DNA from: an uncultured Candidatus Saccharibacteria bacterium
GTDB taxonomy: Bacteria > Patescibacteriota > Dojkabacteria > SC72
Assembly (NCBI GenBank): GCA_964485665.1
Contig: CAZAJR010000031.1
Location: 1 to 38,309, forward strand
DNA length: 38,309 nt
Direction: 5' to 3'
The first letter of the stretch is position 1, and each line of letters opens with the position of its first letter. Shown here piece by piece: positions 32,314 through 38,309 of this stretch. A program made the translations under genes and the position numbers. The notes under the pieces are model-generated. The model saw only the letters and a program-made list of their open reading frames with translations. It was not told where the DNA came from and did not search any database.

Positions 32314-34059
32314 ATGACCAATCTTACTTACAAGGATATTAGAGATAAGTATATCCAATTTTTTAAAGATAAAGACCACGAAGAGATACCTAGTGCCCCA
32401 CTAGTACCAGAAGACGATCCCTCGGTACTTTTTGTAAACGCAGGTATGTTCCCCCTAGTTCCATATCTCATGGGTGCCAAACATCCTCAGGGACAAAGAT
32501 TAGTAAACTCACAACGATGTTTAAGAACAGGAGATATAGATTTAGTAGGTGATCCATATCACTGCACAACTTTTGAGATGTTGGGAAACTGGTCGTTAAA
32601 TGACTATTTTAAAAAAGAAGCTATTAATCTTACAGTCAAATTTTTTGTGGAGGTATTAAATCTGGACATTAACAACATATATGCAACAGTATATGAAGGC
32701 GATAAGAATTTTCCCAAAGATGAAGAGACAATAGAAGTTTGGAAAAAGATCTTTAAATCATATGGAGTTGATGTCAAAGTCGGTAAAGGAGAAAGAATAG
32801 AGCCTAAAGGAAAGAATGAAAACTGGTGGGGTCTAAAATCAGGTGGACCGTGTGGACCAGACAGTGAAATTTTCTACAAAACAGATAACGGGTTAGTAGA
32901 AATAAGTAACAACGTCTTTATGCAATATCTACTAGACAATGGAGAATACAAACCACTAGGAAAACACAATGTTGATTTTGGAGGAGGTCTGGATAGACTC
33001 ACTGCCATGATACAACAAGTCAACAGCGTATTTGAAACAGACATATACAAACCAATACTACTAAAAGTACAAGATATTAGTAATGAAAATATCATAGAAT
33101 CACAAAGAATAATTGTAGACCATCTAAAAGCTGCTACATGGATTGTAATGGATGGTATAGTTCCAGGGAAATCTAAACAGGGCTATGTACTCAGAAGATT
33201 AATTAGAAGAGCTGTAAGACATGGGAAAAAGCTAAACATTGATCATATGTTTACCAGGGAAGTCTCAGAAATAGCCATTGAACAATTTAAAGTAATATAC
33301 CCACAACTCCAACGACAGAAAGAAAATATACTTAAAACAATAGAAGATGAGGAGAAGAAATTTAACCAAACTATTAAAAATGGTTTAACAATCCTGGATG
33401 AGATGCTGGAAGAGAAAAACAGCATTACTGGAGAAGATGCCTTTACACTCTACGAGACATACGGGTTTCCAATAGAAATAACCAAAGAAATACTTAAGGA
33501 GAAAAATTTAGAACTACAAAACCCCGAAGGATTTGAAGATGCTAAACAAAAACATAAAGAACAATCACGATCAGCATCCAAAGGAATGTTTCAAGGAGGA
33601 TTGGCAGATATCTCTGAAATGTCAACCAAATATCACACCGCAACTCATCTACTTCTAGCTGCGTTACAAAAAGTATTGGGAGATGAAATATATCAAAAAG
33701 GGAGTAACATTACACCTGAGAGATTAAGATTAGATTTCCCTGCAGATGAGAAATTAACTAAAGAGCAACTGCAAGAGGTAGAAAATATCGTAAATGAAGC
33801 TATAGAAGCTAAATACAACGTATACTTTAAAGAGATGAAAAAGGAAAATGCACTTAAATTAGTACCATTTGCAAAGTTTACTCAAAAATATGGAGATGTT
33901 GTCAAAGTATACTACATAGGACCAGAAGAAGATCCTTTTTCAGTAGAAATATGCAGAGGTCCTCATGTAGAAAACACATCCGAATTGGGAGAATTTAAAA
34001 TTATCAAACAAGAAAACATGGGTGCAGATACCAAAAGACTCAAAGCTGTACTAAAATAG
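32314..34059 (+). CDS. alaS: Alanine--tRNA ligase, short form (no C-Ala domain)
   Basis: 581 aa. FVNAGMFPLVPY, RCLRTGDIDLVG, FEMLGNWS, GPCGPDSEIFY, NNVFMQY and DFGGGLDRL match the class II AlaRS core. The editing-core motifs HTATH (HxxxH) and CRGPH (CxxxH) lie near the C-terminus. Confidence 0.9.
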   Translation: MTNLTYKDIRDKYIQFFKDKDHEEIPSAPLVPEDDPSVLFVNAGMFPLVPYLMGAKHPQGQRLVNSQRCLRTGDIDLVGDPYHCTTFEMLGNWSLNDYFKKEAINLTVKFFVEVLNLDINNIYATVYEGDKNFPKDEETIEVWKKIFKSYGVDVKVGKGERIEPKGKNENWWGLKSGGPCGPDSEIFYKTDNGLVEISNNVFMQYLLDNGEYKPLGKHNVDFGGGLDRLTAMIQQVNSVFETDIYKPILLKVQDISNENIIESQRIIVDHLKAATWIVMDGIVPGKSKQGYVLRRLIRRAVRHGKKLNIDHMFTREVSEIAIEQFKVIYPQLQRQKENILKTIEDEEKKFNQTIKNGLTILDEMLEEKNSITGEDAFTLYETYGFPIEITKEILKEKNLELQNPEGFEDAKQKHKEQSRSASKGMFQGGLADISEMSTKYHTATHLLLAALQKVLGDEIYQKGSNITPERLRLDFPADEKLTKEQLQEVENIVNEAIEAKYNVYFKEMKKENALKLVPFAKFTQKYGDVVKVYYIGPEEDPFSVEICRGPHVENTSELGEFKIIKQENMGADTKRLKAVLK

Positions 34060-34063
34060 TAAT

Positions 34064-34495
34064 ATGATTCAATATCCAATCCTAGCAATAGACTATGGAA
34101 CAAAGAATATCGGTTTAGCAATATCAGATTTCAAAGGTGTTGTAGCCACTCCTTTAAAGGTCTTGCGCGTTAGACCTAAGCATGGATACGATAAAATTAT
34201 AGAAAAAATTGTAGAAATTTGTGAAAATAACAAAGTACAAATTATCCTACTTGGGAAACCACAAGTGTTTGAAATTTCATATAAAAAAACTTTAAAAAAG
34301 ATAGAAAAATTTGAAAAACTACTAAAAGATAGTATAAACTTACCTGTAATAAATTACGATGAAAGTTACTCTACAGTTACTGCTCAAGATATGCTACTAT
34401 ACACGAAGCAAACGACAAAAAGTAGTAAGGATAAAATAGATAGTGTAGCAGCAGCAGTATTTTTACAAGAGTTTTTAAATTCAAATCAGCAATAA
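34064..34495 (+). CDS. ruvX: Putative pre-16S rRNA nuclease / Holliday junction resolvase-like protein YqgF
   Basis: 143 aa. ILAIDYGTKNIGLAISD at the N-terminus, DESYSTVTAQ, and DSVAAAVFLQEFL at the C-terminus are typical of YqgF/RuvX. Confidence 0.85.
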   Translation: MIQYPILAIDYGTKNIGLAISDFKGVVATPLKVLRVRPKHGYDKIIEKIVEICENNKVQIILLGKPQVFEISYKKTLKKIEKFEKLLKDSINLPVINYDESYSTVTAQDMLLYTKQTTKSSKDKIDSVAAAVFLQEFLNSNQQ

Positions 34496-34496
34496 A

Positions 34497-35513
34497 ATGT
34501 TTAAAAATATCCGGAGCTTAATCAGGATTTTTCTCTTCGCACTAGTCACAGTAGTAGTAGCGGGTGTATTTATAAAACTAAGATACAATAAAATAATTGA
34601 GACACCCAACAGTGACTCTAGTGATAAAGTAATTGTAACCATCAACGAGGGACAAGCTGTTGATTCTATAATCAATGAATTAATTGAAAGAGGTATCATA
34701 AAAGAGAATTGGAGGAACTATCTCAAAGTTTACCTGAGAGTTAATAGTCTTGGTTCACAAATTCAAGCGGGGACATACAAAATACCAAAAAATCTTAACA
34801 TTAAAGAACTTGTTGAGACATTACAACATTCTGAACATCAAGATGTTTGGATTACTATACCAGAAGGTTTAAGAAAAGATGAAATAGCTAAAATGCTTGC
34901 AGAAGAATTTTCACAGTATGATTCGGTAAGTTTCTCTCAAACTGTTTTTCTAAATCTAACGACAGATAACTCGTTCATTGAGCAATTTAATCTAAATGAA
35001 AATGTTAATAATTTAGAAGGATATATTTTCCCAGATAAGTATGCCTTTTCTATGGAAAGTACGACAGAATCTATACTGAAGAAAATGGTAGATAATTTTA
35101 TAGCAAAAGTTGGCACAGAAGATAGCTATGAGGATATAACACTGGCATCGTTAGTAGAAAGAGAGGGATATAATAGCTCTGATAGAGCAATTATTGCAGA
35201 TATTTTAAAAAGAAGATTGGAAGAAGGTTGGTTACTGCAAGTAGATGCTACCCTACTTTATCCTGTAAAAGATTGGCAGTATACTATAACGCAGTCAGAT
35301 AAAGAAAAAGATAGCCCATATAACACTTACAAGTATCCTGGGCTACCACCCACACCCATTTGCAATCCTGGTTTGGAATCTATAAATGCTGTTAGAAATC
35401 TTCAGCCTAATAATTACTATTACTACATTCATGAGGATGATGGAACTGCTCATTACTCAACAACTTTAAGCGAGCATGAGCAAAATGTAAATACATACTT
35501 AAGATCAAATTAA
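34497..35513 (+). CDS. mltG: Endolytic murein transglycosylase MltG (YceG family)
   Basis: 338 aa with an N-terminal TM and motifs GTYKIP, EGYIFPDKY, LASLVEREG, and YNTYKYPGLPPTPICNPGLESINAV. Confidence 0.88.
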   Translation: MFKNIRSLIRIFLFALVTVVVAGVFIKLRYNKIIETPNSDSSDKVIVTINEGQAVDSIINELIERGIIKENWRNYLKVYLRVNSLGSQIQAGTYKIPKNLNIKELVETLQHSEHQDVWITIPEGLRKDEIAKMLAEEFSQYDSVSFSQTVFLNLTTDNSFIEQFNLNENVNNLEGYIFPDKYAFSMESTTESILKKMVDNFIAKVGTEDSYEDITLASLVEREGYNSSDRAIIADILKRRLEEGWLLQVDATLLYPVKDWQYTITQSDKEKDSPYNTYKYPGLPPTPICNPGLESINAVRNLQPNNYYYYIHEDDGTAHYSTTLSEHEQNVNTYLRSN

Positions 35514-35519
35514 AAAGCT

Positions 35520-36989
35520 ATGAGAATTACGCTGGATGATGCAGATTTTAAACATCAATCTAAAAACAAAAGAGATCTCAAAGATGTAAATAAAAGGGTT
35601 GCAAAAAAAAGATTACGTAAAAGTAAACCTTCTAAAACCAAAACAGCTACAAAAATAATTTTTGGAATAGTAGGACTTCTCTTAGCTATATTCTTAAGCT
35701 ATGGTGGATATCTTGTATATAAGGCATATAAAACAGGAACTGGAATAGGTCTAATATTCAATGCTTCAGATATCCTCTCTCAAGAAAAACCTCTATTAAA
35801 AAAGGATAGTACAGGAACATACACAAACGCTTTAATCGTGGGTATTGATACTAGAGAAAATGGGAATTTATTAAATACAGATTCTATAATCTTACTCTCC
35901 TACAATCATGACACTAATAACGTCATCATGATGTCTATCCCAAGAGATTTTCATGTACAAATTAAACCTGAAGTTTACTGGTTTAATAAAATTAATTCCG
36001 TATATTCTACATATGAACAACAACAGGAGGGTTCTGGATTATTTAGATTAAGAGAGGTCGTAACAGAGATAACAGGACATGAGATTCAGTATCATGCAAT
36101 GATAGATTACAAAGGATTTACAGAGCTAATAGACACTCTTGGAGGCATAGATGTATATGTTGAGAACTCGTTTACAGACTACGCATTTCCCGCTGAACCA
36201 GGATACAGAACAGTTAGTTTTCAGGAGGGACCAACACATATGGATGGCTCTAGGGCATTAGACTATGCTAGATCACGACACTCTTTAGATAATAACGAAG
36301 GTTCTGATTTTGCTAGAGCAAGAAGACAACAGAATGTAATTTCTGCAATAACAGAAAAAGTCTTATCCAGCTCGTTATTAAATCCTCAATCCCTTATGAA
36401 TCTTTTCAATGTAATACAAGATAATGTCCAAATCTCAGAATTTACTATCACAGATATCAAAGCTGGAATAAACGAACTTCAGAAATTACAAGAAAATGGA
36501 GATATCTACTCCTTTGTATTAGATCCTACTGCTGGTGCTAGTAAGCTTGTTACTAGCAAAGATGTAGTAAATACCAATGCATACGCAATTGGTCCTGTTG
36601 CAGGTCTTGGAAACTACGATGATATAAAAAACTATATAACAAATGTCTGGCAAAATCCTCAACTTCATGAAGATGATCCGGTTATTAGAGTCTACAATAC
36701 AGGCTTGGGCTATACTCAAACAAGAGAGAAGTATCTAGAGTTAACAGAACAACTTCCATATATCAAGATATACTACTCAGGAACACTGTATAATGATAAA
36801 GAGGGAGTGATAATATTTATAAATAAGGAGGATAGATATACAACCTCTCTGCAATCTACAAATGAATATGTACAAGCAGACCGAACAGAAAAACCCGAGT
36901 ACATAACAACCAACCTTAACAATGAAGATATAACGATTCTTTACGGCAAAGAGCCCTCTGCAGAGGACAATATCCAACAAACTGAATAA
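35520..36989 (+). CDS. LytR-CpsA-Psr (LCP) family cell-wall glycopolymer ligase
   Basis: 489 aa with TM IIFGIVGLLLAIFLSYGGYLVY and LCP core NALIVGIDTR..TDSIILLSY..MMSIPRD..NKINSVY..IDYKGFTELIDTLGGIDV..MDGSRALDYARSRH..SDFARARRQQNVI. Confidence 0.85.
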   Translation: MRITLDDADFKHQSKNKRDLKDVNKRVAKKRLRKSKPSKTKTATKIIFGIVGLLLAIFLSYGGYLVYKAYKTGTGIGLIFNASDILSQEKPLLKKDSTGTYTNALIVGIDTRENGNLLNTDSIILLSYNHDTNNVIMMSIPRDFHVQIKPEVYWFNKINSVYSTYEQQQEGSGLFRLREVVTEITGHEIQYHAMIDYKGFTELIDTLGGIDVYVENSFTDYAFPAEPGYRTVSFQEGPTHMDGSRALDYARSRHSLDNNEGSDFARARRQQNVISAITEKVLSSSLLNPQSLMNLFNVIQDNVQISEFTITDIKAGINELQKLQENGDIYSFVLDPTAGASKLVTSKDVVNTNAYAIGPVAGLGNYDDIKNYITNVWQNPQLHEDDPVIRVYNTGLGYTQTREKYLELTEQLPYIKIYYSGTLYNDKEGVIIFINKEDRYTTSLQSTNEYVQADRTEKPEYITTNLNNEDITILYGKEPSAEDNIQQTE

Positions 36990-37910
36990 ATGCAAAAACT
37001 ATACCATGGCAAAAATACTTTTCTTTCATTAAGAGCTGTACATAATGTTATTGAAACAGAATTTAAAGAGTGTGAGCTGATTAAAGTAAACGCAGACTCC
37101 AGTGACCCCAGCGACATCATAGATAAAATATCCTCACCCACTCTATTCTCATCTTCCCAAATCTATTTTTTAAAACGCCCTTATAAAAACAAAGATAAAG
37201 ATTTCCTACTCTCGACACTTTTAGATCTTCTTTCAAGCAAGAGCATCCCCATGATTATATGGGAAGATCAAAAAATCAGAAGCAATACAAAGTACTACAA
37301 ATTCTTTAAAGAAAATAATGCTGTCGAAGAATTTAAAGAGCTTAACAAAAGAACATTTATGACATGGGCTAAAAAAGAGTTGTCCAAGTATCCTTTCTCT
37401 ATAAACCCCGATCTGACCAAAACATTGGCAGAAAGATCCAACTATGAACCTGAAAGATTCACAAACAACATTACTAAACTAAACCTTTTAGGTAGTAAAG
37501 AAATCAAAAAAGATATTTTAGACCAAATTGTCGCTGACACATTAGAAACAGATATTTGGAAACTGATGGATAATATAAATCAATCCAATCATAAGGAGAT
37601 TAATAAAACTTTGGAAAAACTTTTAGAGTATAAAGTGGATCCCAACTACATCTTAGCAATGATAGCTAGAAACTTAAGAATATCAATACAGATAAAAGAA
37701 CTTCTTAGCAAAAATCTTGATGGTAAAAAAATAGCCTCTAAACTTAAACTTCCTCCCTTTGTAGTATATCCAATAGCTAAATCCGTTAAGAAAGTTAATA
37801 AAGAAAAAATTCTTTTGGAATATAAAAAGTTGGCTAATTTAGATTACGAAATTAAAACGGGAAGAATAGATCCTGTACTAGGGCTTTCCCTTTTTACATT
37901 AGTACTTTAG
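36990..37910 (+). CDS. holA: Probable DNA polymerase III delta subunit
   Basis: 306 aa. The size and helical C-terminal half fit, as do delta-like stretches (LYHGKNTFL, IWKLMDNI.., ILAMIARNLR, LDYEIKTGRIDPVLGLSLF). The start ATG overlaps the upstream stop (TAAATG). The assignment is by pattern only. Confidence 0.55.
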   Translation: MQKLYHGKNTFLSLRAVHNVIETEFKECELIKVNADSSDPSDIIDKISSPTLFSSSQIYFLKRPYKNKDKDFLLSTLLDLLSSKSIPMIIWEDQKIRSNTKYYKFFKENNAVEEFKELNKRTFMTWAKKELSKYPFSINPDLTKTLAERSNYEPERFTNNITKLNLLGSKEIKKDILDQIVADTLETDIWKLMDNINQSNHKEINKTLEKLLEYKVDPNYILAMIARNLRISIQIKELLSKNLDGKKIASKLKLPPFVVYPIAKSVKKVNKEKILLEYKKLANLDYEIKTGRIDPVLGLSLFTLVL

Positions 37911-37970
37911 TTGACATTAGATATAGTATTAACTTAAACTGTAACTGTAGACTTATTTTACTGCCTTTAT

Positions 37971-38309
37971 ATGGATCAACAAAAGAAAAAATCAAAAACT
38001 GTAATTAAGATCCTTTTTGTTTTTCTAGCTATATTAGTTCTTGCTTTAATCGGCGCTATTTTGTACTTCTATCTAACAGGAGATATCTTTCAACCAGAGG
38101 AAGAAGAAATTATAACCTGTGGCTGTTACTACATTGATCCACAAGTTGTTGATACCTGTGCAGATACGAGAAGAGCCTTCAGATTCACTACCGCTCAAGG
38201 AACTATGTCTGACTGTCAAGCATCTTGTCCTGTATCTGATCTTTCTACAAATACTTTGTACAGTACAACCCCACAAGATTCATATTTAACCTGTCCTGTA
38301 AAAAATATT
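37971..38309 (+). CDS. Membrane-anchored Cys-rich exported protein; 3' end beyond the window; not in the ORF track
   Basis: The frame is open from ATG 37971 to the window end. It reads MDQQKKKSKTVIKILFVFLAILVLALIGAILYFYLTG.., then TCGCYYIDPQVVDTCADTRR..SDCQASCPVSD..LTCPVKNI, with 6 Cys in the first 75 outside residues. Confidence 0.55.
   Translation, partial: MDQQKKKSKTVIKILFVFLAILVLALIGAILYFYLTGDIFQPEEEEIITCGCYYIDPQVVDTCADTRRAFRFTTAQGTMSDCQASCPVSDLSTNTLYSTTPQDSYLTCPVKNI

Noticed and set aside
1-38309. Alternative genetic code (TGA recoded, as in some candidate phyla).
   Set aside because: All long ORFs, including conserved genes aligned end to end by motif (pcrA, pnp, infB, alaS), are intact with TGA treated as stop. 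dnaJ ends at a TGA at the expected C-terminus. The data are fully consistent with the standard code.
1-38309. CRISPR arrays, tandem DNA repeats, IS elements or known defence genes.
   Set aside because: Reading through the few intergenic regions, all 125 nt or shorter, showed no spaced direct repeats or inverted terminal repeats. No ORF has nuclease, methylase, transposase or integrase motifs beyond the two rRNA methyltransferases.

Overview
AT-rich (roughly one-third G+C by eye), very gene-dense bacterial chromosomal segment that reads cleanly with the standard genetic code. I call 28 protein-coding genes. Two are truncated by the window edges, and one of these, fusA at 1-1913 on the minus strand, is missing from the supplied ORF track. 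I found no rRNA, tRNA, CRISPR array, transposase or integrase. Housekeeping blocks are fusA; pcrA; rsmE plus an RsmB/F-like methyltransferase; dnaJ then nusA-infB-rpsO-pnp; and alaS-ruvX-mltG-LCP-holA. The envelope genes are of monoderm type: sortase, LCP ligase, MltG, an RpfB-like muralytic protein, and a TM-anchored rather than lipobox solute-binding protein. Several features suggest a reduced-genome Patescibacteria/CPR-like organism, but this is inference only: a minimal IF-2 (533 aa), a short AlaRS (581 aa), abutting or overlapping genes, and no visible Shine-Dalgarno motifs. The standout is a ~13 kb, eight-gene, same-strand cluster (6473-19548) in which every product is membrane-anchored or exported. 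It contains a 1025-aa protein with 32 cysteines confined to a central block, three copies of an FN3-like module, a polytopic membrane protein, a 939-aa protein ending in an M23/LytM-like domain, and a pseudo-amidase/SH3b wall-binding protein. It encodes no ATPase, pilin or relaxase, and I propose it as a candidate uncharacterised cell-envelope or cell-contact apparatus. Other observations are an EF-G with non-canonical guanine-recognition motifs (G4 NKIN, degenerate G5) and a recurrent promoter layout in which -10 boxes, three times the exact 9-mer TGATATAAT, sit 5-12 nt from start codons, implying leaderless mRNAs.
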